This document shows, one piece after another, positions 51,180 to 62,195 of a stretch of DNA of 64,000 bases. Positions within the stretch are counted from its first letter, which is position 1; each line of letters opens with the position of its first letter. Both the position numbers and the translations under genes were made by a program. This DNA is from Tricharina praecox (lineage: Eukaryota): contig NW_026250406.1 in NCBI RefSeq assembly GCF_024521635.1, positions 1-64,000 on the forward strand. Reading direction: 5' to 3'. A model generated the notes under the pieces. The model was not told the origin of the DNA and did not search any database. It saw only the letters and a list, made by a program, of their open reading frames with translations.

Positions 51180-54100
51180 GTTTGCTTTACTAGACGGACT
51201 CGGTGTAGATTCTTGATGCTGGTACAGATTGAAGTGGAAGTAGTTGGATGATTGGGAATATTCAGTTCAATGGATGCCAGCCGTCGCGGTCGGTTTTGTA
51301 GCAGACACGACACGACGTACTCACTCTCATGATTTCCAAGCAAATGGTTTACAAGCCCTTTCCAAGAGGTAGATTATCAACCAATATCTCGCGATATCTG
51401 CAGGCGGCTTGACGTTTCAGAGGATGATTATTCATCGATCGCGCAACAGCTGCTCTACATGGATGCGCACGCAATCGCTTAGAAATACACCTTTGTAATT
51501 CCAGTTTATCCAGCACCTTGCCGATCGGCCCGGCAATTCGGATGAGCCGTTTGGGAAAGCACGTCCCCTCGGGATATGAATTGCCCCGAGAGAGAAGTTA
51601 TTGAAGTTCGCGTTTTGAATGGTGCTGTGTACCGAGATGCAAAAGCTAGGTAATACTAGTGGGCGTTACTATAACCATTGTCACTCGCCGGTTATGGATA
51701 TCTTAGTGTTTCAAATTTTTGTCTGTCACTCTTGAGGAGAGCACCTTTGCATGACGTATTGCTTAATCTTGCAGAGGTTCATCAAGTTCGAGGATGTCAG
51801 AGTTCCACAGAAAAAAGTGGGATCTTGCGAGTGATCTACAGTGATTGTATGTGATACGCCGGTGCACTGACGGGCTTATGAAACTATAGTTCATTGACCC
51901 CGACATCGCTACGAGAATGGGAGTAATGCCAGTAGTTGTGACGGAAAAGGGGAATAGCCAAGGCGATGTGAGAACGCCGAGTGTTTTCAACTACTGCGAG
52001 GATGTTCCAATGTTGACGAACGAGAGAAATGCCGCTAAATGCGCAACGCAAAAGTGCCGACTAGCTAAACTTTCAACTCCTCGACATCAAGGCCAATCAT
52101 ACGACGGCAAATCAAAGGAATCAGAAGTGTAGATGACCTGGCATTACCTATGTAGGTAGATACGTTATAACAAGGATCAAACAACAAATTTATATTTGTA
52201 AAGCTCAATCTCGTTCTGACGGTCTTTTCTGGTACTTGTGAGATGTGGAAGCCTTATGTGACCCCTCCTCCCGTTCTAAAAATGCCGTCCTAACATGCGT
52301 GATGATGTCGGAGCCTTAAATTAATACCACGGTATCGTAATCACATTCCCGTGCGCCATGAACTAGAGAATGCATCAGTGCATGAGCGGATGAAAAAGAG
52401 CAGATGAAAAAGAGCGGAACCATCGAAGGTTATACCCAGGGTAGGGATATCTGAAGGAGACTTCCGACTGCAATTGGACTCACTCTCATTCAGAAAACTG
52501 GAGTGGCGGTGAGGCCGCATATAACAGTAATGGTAGGCCCGGGACTCGGTCCAACAATCAGATGATCATGACGGCGGGGAAAAGAGACTACCCAGCAAGA
52601 ATCCAGTCGGTACGTCAACGTCTCTAAGTAGGAACAATTGATTCCCGTCAGCTGATTAACGCAACCATCACATGCAGTCACGGTATCTGTCGTAACATAT
52701 TACTCTATGCTTGGCCACGTGCACAGCAGGAGCCTCCCGCTTTTCTCGCAAGGCTCTGACGCAGCTGCAGCCTGCCATCTTTCCTGACACTTCATATCCC
52801 ATCGTATTAATACAATATGTACAATAGATCACTTGAACACAAGGGAAAAAAATATCCGCCGAAGGCAACTTCTAGTGATATTCCGTGATCTAATTGTCAA
52901 TCAATCGGAACGTTTTGAGCAAATAAACGAGTGATATATAATGAGGTGCACGGCATCAGAGACATCGGTGGTCTAGATAAACATTCATGTCAATTCGTCT
53001 ACATATTACTATTGATCCGCTCGACCACATCAGGGAAGATTGAGCGGCTTGAAGCTGTTTTCCTTCGTACAGCGATAATCGTAACGGGCGGTATTCCATT
53101 TTGTTTCCCTCTCCACTATGTCATTGCCATAGGATCGTTGCGATTACTGCGTTGAAGTAGAGTAATTGGGTTTAATGGTCGCGTAGGCAGTTCCGTGACG
53201 CCTCAGAATGGAATCGCTATACACAGAATGATATGTCAAAGAAATCAAGATTTGGACGGGGTTCCAGGAAGTGAATCTCGTAGGTACATATGTACTCGTG
53301 CCGAATTCGCGCCAGTAGAGACGCTCTCAGGTTGTGTAGAATATCCAGTATCGTATGGAGAGACCCGATTGGGGAGATACCCGGATAGTTGTCTACTCCT
53401 CGTAGGATATCTGTATATCAGGATAGCTACACAATCATGCGGCATGTAGGCTTCGAGCCTGCGGGGTCGCCACTGACTCTCCGCGTCCATCACTGCCTGT
53501 GGTCGCTTATTCGCATTCCCAATGAATCCATATAACTCCAAGAACTTAGCCGACTCTCGAATGAAATTGACGAAGTTGATCGGGTGCAGGCCGTACAGAA
53601 AACTGAAGTGCCTGCGATGGTGGAGACGGTGAACCGGGCAGATCTTTACGATGTACTTGGTTACATGCGTTCGATTGAAAGCGATTGACACGTCGGTGAC
53701 TGCGGAAAGTTCATGTTAATCTTCAAGACCAATGACTGATGGAATCTCAGCGTGAATACGTGAGTATGTATCCAGTCCTAATGTCCGCAACCGGGTCAGG
53801 TGCCTTCGGTCCTTCCCATATAGCAGAGCAACCAGAACCATTACGGCGGATCTCTGAACGCCTCTACCGAGGTGCGGGCTGGAGAATACGGTATTCCACC
53901 AACTGGCTTCACACCAACTGCGGGGTTGTCAGATGTTTAGGCCGAACTCAAAGACCGTTCCGCGCCAAGGCGCTAAGCGGAGTAAAGCGCAGACTAGAGT
54001 AGTGGCGACATGGGACTGGGCCATCCACACGGGCCGTGCTGTGACACACACTACATATGCCCTGCCACCTTCTGACGCTACGTCACAGTTAGTTTAACGG

Positions 54101-55235
54101 GGCGGACCAACGTTTGGCCGCCTCCACCACCAGGTACATACTCTACGAGTACCTACTGAGGGACGCGAAGGAAGAGGCGGCTTGGCGTCATCGGTGAGCA
54201 CCGGAGAGAGGAGACATTGGTGAGACCTAGTGGGACCGATGTGCTATGCTGGTGGGACCCGATGCAGACCTGATCCTGCCGTTAAACGTTAAATTGTTTG
54301 TTGTCACTCTATCTGTTCTTCTTGTTCATGGGTCGGTCTCTGGTCTTCATCATCGACCGAGAATTCTAGTTCATTTGATCATGTTTTTGTTCCTCACCCG
54401 TGTTTGGGCCTCTCCGCACCCAAGTAGGAGGTAGTTGCACAAGCATGATGCAACTTCGTCTCTTTCCCGGTGTTCTGTGGTATGAAAGACCCGACTGCAA
54501 CCGCGGACCGATCAACCAACCCCGACACTGCCGAAGGAAGAGATCGTCCGCACCCTTGGCCACCGGCATGCGAAGCTGGCCTCGTGGAGTTAGACAAGTA
54601 AGTATGATACCTACCGTCGACGTTCTCCTTCGAGCGGCGAACGGTTCAAAGTACAAAGTGATGGCTGATGTGAGACACGCAGGACCTTGGCGCTATCGAC
54701 AGAGCCACTCCAAGCGAATCGTCAGTTCTGGCCGTCGCGAAAACATAAACAGATGGAGTATAGGTAGGTGTAGAAGCACAATGCACGGTTGTACGCGGCT
54801 TCGGTTTTTACCCAATTGTCGAAGGTCAACTTCGTTGTTGGTGGCGACGCTGGTCCGTATCGATAGAGTGGTCGACATTGATGTGCGTTTCTATTGGCAA
54901 CACCGCTCTGTATCGAGGTGTGACTGACTTATGGTTTCATAGAACACGATTGGCCGCAAACCTTCGGCCGCATACTTCGCTGAGGCATTCCCGGCTCAGT
55001 AAAAAAACCACAGGCCCCGCAACCGTCACCCACCAGTACGTTCACTATCTTCACCGTCTCACTCCCACTTTCAGCACGCATCGCCTTCGATATCCTCTGA
55101 CTTAGGAACGCCTTCTGAAACCTAGCCGTGATCAGACGAAAACACAAGATTCTTGAGGTGGATACCTATATCTCCAGCTTCGTTTTTTTTGGCCCGGTGT
55201 TCGGCTAACACATAACCCCAACGCCCTGCAATACC

Positions 55236-58200
55236 ATGTCTAGTGGCGCTGATATCAACGCTGGAGACACCGCCCACAACGCCAACACGATGAACACCGC
55301 TACGCCAAATACTCGTGCCTACAATGCCTCCAAGCACAACGAATTCAATGAACCGGTTTTCCATGGGCAGACAACATTCGGTACGCCACTGCGCTGTGTT
55401 CCGATGTGATATCGCGTGGGGCTGACCTTGGGTAGGAGATACGACCAACTACCACTTCGGCAGAAAAAAAGACGCACAGACACGCGAGTTCTTGGAGAAT
55501 CTGGGTGAGCGATCCCGTCAGAAATGCAGGTTAGCATGAGTACCGATGGCTGACTTCCGATTTCTCTGGCAACAGTAGCTACGAAGGTCGATTGGTCCAT
55601 CCTTTCGCGTCAGTTGTCGGTTGTCGACCAAGGCACCACCTACCGATCCACGTACGTACCTGTCGACCAAAACTCGCCGGATTTCCCTTGGGTCACTAAG
55701 AACATCGACTTCACGAAATGGGAGTCGGACGAGAAGCAGCAAGCTCTGTGGTTATCTGGAGCCTGTGACGCCGGTACGAAGGAGGTGTCTTCCCAAGTCA
55801 TATACAACGCCAAGAAGAAAGCCACTCAGTCGAACGGTTGTGTCTTGTACTTTTTCTGCGCAACCGCAACAGAATCTCGGGATTCGATTGCCACCGTCTT
55901 CGTCCATACGCTGCTCCATCAGATTGTCGGTTTTTCGGGCGATGAGACGGCTCAAGCTATCACCACAACTTTCCTTACGTCACTCTTGGACGGTCATATC
56001 CGGCGAAGTTTGTCGGGCTTCAAGAAGGACGATCCACTGGTTAAAACTGTGGAAAGGATCCTAGACGCTCCCTCATATGACCTTCACATCGCGTTGATCA
56101 ATGCGCTTGCGAAAGCGGGACCCCAGCATCTATCGCTCATCATCGATGGGATCAGCATTGCGGCAATGAAGGGTGATGTGTTCGTTCGGAACGTTTCCCT
56201 CCTGGTGAACCATATGATAGCTGCGGGGGCTGTGGGGGCTGTGGGGGCTACAAGGTTCAAGGCTTTACTCACAAGCTCTCAGTACTCTGAGCTCAAGGGA
56301 TTTCTAGGCGATCTACCGTCCATCCAGTTTCGCCAAGAGCGAGAAGGTTGTTTGTCCATGATTCCAGAGACTGAACAGCAGCTGATTAGCCTGGCAACCC
56401 AGAGATTCTTCGTCTTCTGCAAGACCACGACGGTACACGATATGGAAATATCACCCGACAGCATGGCGGTTCGCTTGAGTGGTTATGGCAGAATGCAGAA
56501 TACCGGAATTGGGAGAAATCGACGACGTCAAAGCTCCTATACATCGAGGGGAAGCCTGGTAGTGGAAAAAGCACTCTTGTGAAATATTTCGAGAGCAACC
56601 TAGCAGAGAAGGTACCAGATTCGACGTCAGCTACTGTGGCCTACTACTTCTACACCCTTCGAGGCACCACCGAGGAGGCCAAGCATGCGAACATGCTGCG
56701 GGCCATTCTGCACAGTATTCTTACGCAGGACGAGTCCGTTTTCCATCATTTCCAGACCGCATTCCGGCACTTTCGATATGCCAAAGAATGGCCATACGAA
56801 TCTCTCAAATCGATCCTATCCTCTCTCGTGGATCATATTTCACCGAAACCGCTCTACCTTATTCTTGACGCAATGGACGAATCCATGGAAGAAGACAGAA
56901 CCGAGATTGTGGAGCTACTCTGCAAGCTGTGTTCAGCAAAAGGCTTTCGTGTAAAGGCGTTTGTTGCCAGTCGCCCGGTTGCCGACCTCAATCTCCTGTT
57001 CACAGAATGGCGTCATTCGATGCATGTCATCAGGCTTCAGCACGAGAACTACGGCGATATCTGCACGTTTACCGATACTTTTCTGACGAAACTCGGGTTA
57101 TCCGAACAGATCCTTCTGGATACTGGTAAATATATCAAAGCCAATGCCGAGGGTGTTTTTGTGTGGGTTCACCTGGTTAAAGCCGAATTAACCCGTTTGC
57201 GATCAACTGGCCTAAGCGATATGCAATTGAGTCATCAACTCAAGTGTCTTCCTCGCAAACTGGAAGAGTTCTACAAGCATATGCTCGACAGGCTGGAGCG
57301 GGAGGGCAGAGATGATGAGGTTCAGGACGGAATAACGCTCGTTCAGTTCGTTCTATTCTCCTCTCGTCCCCTGAATGTTGTCGAACTGCAACATGTTCTT
57401 GCTTTCCAGGCTATGGACTGCGATTCCTCGGTCACTCCTCCACATATTAAGTTCCAGCGACACCTGAGCGACGCCATCGAGGCGAGGATTGCACACTGCG
57501 GCGGCAACTTCTTAGACATTACGGGTAATCCATTGTCGAAATGCAACACGACCGGCGTTTAATGATCTGTGCAGCAGATGGAACCGTTCAACTGATGCAT
57601 CAAACCGCCCGCGAGTTTTTTCTCCAAATTAAACAACATAAACCCGATTCAAAATTCTATCTGAGCAGCCAGAAAACCCATGGCGCAATCGCTACCACTT
57701 CGGTTCAGTATCTGATGCTCTGTTTGGGAAACCCAGAAACCTCCATGAAAGATACCCTGTCAGATACCAAGGGTTGGGGTTCGAACGAGTTTCAACGTTA
57801 TGCCAAATACCTCAACGAGTGGCCGTTGATCACTTACGCAATATTCAATGTCTACTATCATCTAGGGTTGTGCGATACGGGGAAAAGGATTTTACATCTC
57901 GTTAAGAAACTTATCAAAAAGCTGACTAGCATTCCAGGGACCGCATCTCTTGGGAGATTGGTGGCTAGACAACATAAAAAGAAGAAATCTATCCTCACTT
58001 CCATACTAGACATGGCAAGCAGGACGCCTCTACGAAAAATTCCCCCTGAGAGTGCCTCCGACGACTTCGTCCACAGGGCTCTAGATGCTGCCGCCGAGTT
58101 AGATATGCTCCGAGTCTTCGAGTTGCTGCGGTCTACCCACATGCATACACTGGACGAGGTTCTACTGATTTCATGTGTCAGGAAGCGGCTGACAGCTGCC

Positions 58201-61200
58201 TCCAGAGAACTGATCAAAGGAGTCGAAAATATCGACGGTGTAGACGTGGCGGGGAAGTCGGCACTACATCACGCAGTCGAGAACGGGGACCTGACAATAG
58301 CTAGACTGCTGAAAGATGCACAGGCCTCTTCGGGGCTCCGCGATAATCATGGGAACACGCCCGTAGACATAGCCGTTAAGTTGTAGTGAGCTCTCCCTGA
58401 TTACCAGACAAAAGATCGAGTGGCCGGCGTTTAATGTGATTAAACAGGGCTAATTTGACGTTCCAACAGTGGGTGGGTGTCTCCACGGGACCACGAAGCT
58501 CTAACTAATAGTGTCATCACCGATGCCTAATTTCCCGAATCCCAGCTTGTGAGTCTGCAAGCCAATGAAATTTGGTGCCACAATAGGTTTACGTCCCTAA
58601 CGGTTTGCTACAGCTAGTGAGGCTCCCCGCAATCCTTATGTGGCTCCCACGACAGACGAACGATCCTGACGGTTTGGTGCAGCATGTGAGGCTCCCCGCA
58701 ATCCTTATGTGGCTCCCACGACAGACGAACGATCCTGACGGTTTGGTGCAGCCGGTGAGGCTCCCCGCAATCCTTATGTGGCTCCCACGACAGACGAACG
58801 ATCCTGACGGTGTGATACAGGTTGTGAGGCTCCCCGCAATCCTTATGTGGCTCCCACGACAGACGAACGATCCTGACGGTTTGGTGCAGGGAGTGAGGCT
58901 CCCCGCAATCCTTATGTGGCTCCCACGACAGACGAACGATCCTGACGGTGTGATACAGCTTGTGAGGCTCCCCGCAATCCTTATGTGGCTCCCACGACAG
59001 ACGAACGATCCTGACGGTGTGATACAGCGAGTGAGGCTCCCCGCAATCCTTATGTGGCTCCCACGACAGACGAACGATCCTGACGGTTTGGTGCAGCATG
59101 TGAGGCTCCCCGCAATCCTTATGAGGCTCCCACGACAGACGAACGATCCTGACGGTGTGATACAGGTTGTGAGGCTCCCCGCAATCCTTATGTGGCTCCC
59201 ACGACAGACGAACGATCCTGACGGTTTGGTGCAGGGAGTGAGGCTCCCCGCAATCCTTATGTGGCTCCCACGACAGACGAACGATCCTGACGGTGTGATA
59301 CAGCGAGTGAGGCTCCCCGCAATCCTTATGTGGCTCCCACGACAGACGAACGATCCTGACGGTGTGATACAGGTTGTGAGGCTCCCCGCAATCCTTATGT
59401 GGCTCCCACGACAGACGAACGATCCTGACGGTTTGGTGCAGGGAGTGAGGCTCCCCGCAATCCTTATGTGGCTCCCACGACAGACGAACGATCCTGACGG
59501 TGTGATACAGCTTGTGAGGCTCCCCGCAATCCTTATGTGGCTCCCACGACAGACGAACGATCCTGACGGTTTGGTGCAGCGAGTGAGGCTCCCCGCAATC
59601 CTTATGTGGCTCCCACGACAGACGAACGATCCTGACGGTTTGGTGCAGCCGGTGAGGCTCCCCGCAATCCTTATGTGGCTCCCACGACAGACGAACGATC
59701 CTGACGGTGTGATACAGCGAGTGAGGCTCCCCGCAATCCTTATGTGGCTCCCACGACAGACGAACGATCCTGACGGTTTGGTGCAGCATGTGAGGCTCCC
59801 CGCAATCCTTATGTGGCTCCCACGACAGACGAACGATCCTGACGGTGTGATACAGCGAGTGAGGCTCCCCGCAATCCTTATGTGGCTCCCACGACAGACG
59901 AACGATCCTGACGGTTTGGTGCAGCATGTGAGGCTCCCCGCAATCCTTATGAGGCTCCCACGACAGACGAACGATCCTGACGGTGTGATACAGGTTGTGA
60001 GGCTCCCCGCAATCCTTATGTGGCTCCCACGACAGACGAACGATCCTGACGGTTTGGTGCAGCCGGTGAGGCTCCCCGCAATCCTTATGTGGCTCCCACG
60101 ACAGACGAACGATCCTGACGGTTTGGTGCAGCCGGTGAGGCTCCCCGCAATCCTTATGTGGCTCCCACGACAGACGAACGATCCTGACGGTTTGGTGCAG
60201 CGGGTGAGGCTCCCCGCAATCCTTATGTGGCTCCCACGACAGACGAACGATCCTGACGGTTTGGTGCAGCGAGTGAGGCTCCCCGCAATCCTTATGTGGC
60301 TCCCACGACAGACGAACGATCCTGACGGTTTGGTGCAGCCGGTGAGGCTCCCCGCAATCCTTATGTGGCTCCCACGACAGACGAACGATCCTGACGGTGT
60401 GATACAGCGAGTGAGGCTCCCCGCAATCCTTATGTGGCTCCCACGACAGACGAACGATCCTGACGGTTTGGTGCAGCCGGTGAGGCTCCCCGCAATCCTT
60501 ATGTGGCTCCCACGACAGACGAACGATCCTGACGGTTTGGTGCAGCGGGTGAGGCTCCCCGCAATCCTTATGTGGCTCCCACGACAGACGAACGATCCTG
60601 ACGGTTTGGTGCAGCCGGTGAGGCTCCCCGCAATCCTTATGTGGCTCCCACGACAGACGAACGATCCTGACGGTGTGATACAGCCTGTGAGGCTCCCCGC
60701 AATCCTTATGTGGCTCCCACGACAGACGAACGATCCTGACGGTTTGGTGCAGCATGTGAGGCTCCCCGCAATCCTTATGTGGCTCCCACGACAGACGAAC
60801 GATCCTGACGGTTTGGTGCAGCATGTGATGCTCCCCGCAATCCTTATGTGGCTTCTACGACAGACGCGTGATCCTAACTGTTTGGTATAGCTTGTTAGCC
60901 TTCCCGCAAATGATAGGTGCTTCCATGACAGACGGGCAATCCTAACAGTTTGGTGCAGGGAGTGAGGCTCCCCGCAATCCTTATGTGGCTCCCACGACAG
61001 ACGAACGATCCTGACGGTTTGGTGCAGCCAGTCAGTCCTCCGCAAACGACGTGTGCCCCACCAGATTTACGTGCCTGACGGTTCGGTATAGCAAAAGGTA
61101 ACTCCCAGCAAATGAAGTATGGCTCCCACGATTGATGTACATGCCTGACGGTTTGGTACAGCAAGATGTAAACTCCCAGCAAATCATGTCTGCTGCCAAT

Positions 61201-62195
61201 ATACACGAGGGAGCCTGACTATTTGATACGACAGCATGTTAGTCTTCACAACCTACCAGCGTCATCACATTCAATTAGTCGCTAATTACAGACAAACCGC
61301 TAAATTGGACAGAAAGTGACTCTTCTCCCGACTGTGCAGTGATTCTCCTAGTAATATCAAGCCTTAATTTGGTCCGATAGACGGTAATGCTCCGTTCAAA
61401 ATCGCCAATGGATAGGTGAATAACTAACCTATTGGTCCGATCTGATAGCGCGTGAGGCTTCCAAAACTTCGGATGAGCCGTTAGTGCGTCACTAATTTCA
61501 TCCCGATGCCTTAATCCGACAGCGAGTGAGTCTCTTGGGCAATTCGTTCCCATGATCCGTTCATTAAATTGGCCATATGCTAAATGAAAAGACTGTGCGT
61601 TCCACCTCCTACTTTCTTCAACATCGCTAACCCTAACTCGATTGTCCCTTTACCAACAGCCCGTGCGTATTACACACTGTTCTATTCCACGTTTTCTAGG
61701 ATCGATCCTAACTAATTTCACTCCATTGCCGGACTAAATAGGCCGTATGTGTCATCTCACAATGACGTAGTTTTCCATCGCTAACGTCAGCTGAACGGCG
61801 CATTCGACAGCATGTAGGTTGCCCTTACTTACCAACGTTGGAGGGCAAATCAACTCAGTACTATTCTGTGATGCTAATACGGCCTATACATCTTCAGATT
61901 ACAGCTACTCATATGGGATGTCGTGACTCCGAATGAACCGCCACAGGATATTGAACAGTAAGGTTAGGTTTAGGAGACCAGAGAACTGGGCATAAATCCA
62001 CATTGCTAACTGCCCTATGGCTGACCTCATCTTGTGATTTTCAGATTTCTCAAGTCGAAAGTGCTACAGGTGTGGGTGGATTTAGAAAGTGCGTGCTGTG
62101 AGTCGTTTGGTTTTCAGGATGGCAGGTTGGCTAGTTGGCGCTCTTTTCCTATGGCGGGTTTCTCCCACAGGGTTTACCGCATAGGTTTTTACTGA
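55236..62195 (+). CDS. Tandem-NACHT - ankyrin NLR-like protein with microexon cassette, gene C
   Basis: ATG at 55236; introns 55381-55435, 55505-55575, about 56348-56403 and about 57526-57574. Degenerate NACHT1 (LWLSGACDAGTK, LIIDGI), intact NACHT2 (YIEGKPGSGKST, LILDAMDES, FVASRP, AEGVFVWV, VQLMHQTAREF), ankyrin repeats (GKSALHHAV, GNTPVDIAV). Then microexon ladder 58386-61897, exon 61898-61957 (ILQLLIWD..), intron 61958-62044 and a terminal exon ending at TGA 62195. The 3' end is the least certain part. Confidence 0.8.
58386..61897 (+). other. Ladder of 50 introns separated by 49 microexons (47 of 3 nt, 2 of 6 nt)
   Basis: Every unit reads GT donor..branch-like motif (mostly CTRAC/CTAAT)..AG followed by exactly 3 or 6 nt before the next GT donor. 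The pattern persists in non-repetitive units on both sides of the tandem array, and the spliced product is stop-free. Confidence 0.88.
58617..61030 (+). repeat. 69-bp tandem array (35 units; units 1-32 and 35 near-identical) = 66-nt intron + 3-nt exon
   Basis: GTGAGGCTCCCCGCAATCCTTATGTGGCTCCCACGACAGACGAACGATCCTGACGG[TTTGGTGCAG|TGTGATACAG]NNN; starts at 58617, 58686 ... 60756 with exact 69-bp spacing. More diverged homologous units continue to about 61240. Confidence 0.97.

Noticed and set aside
53245..53691. 148-aa ORF and similar short ORFs at 25416-25856, 28004-28666 and 39445-40054
   Set aside because: No family motifs or convincing gene structure; possibly decayed genes, but not supportable by eye.
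58384..58386. TAG as the true end of the NACHT-ANK gene
   Set aside because: It truncates an ankyrin repeat after helix 1 and overlaps a GTGAGC donor; the missing helix (ILQLL) lies in frame at 61898. It could still end an intron-retained isoform.
58617..61030. CRISPR-like array (constant repeat plus variable spacer)
   Set aside because: Eukaryotic context, no cas genes, and the variable part is only 3-13 nt and recurrent; splice signals explain the structure.
58589..61045. Three long repeat-protein ORFs (818, 761 and 736 aa) over the 69-bp array
   Set aside because: A 3n-length unit without stops in some frames gives long ORFs automatically; they end where units diverge, whereas the splice signals persist.
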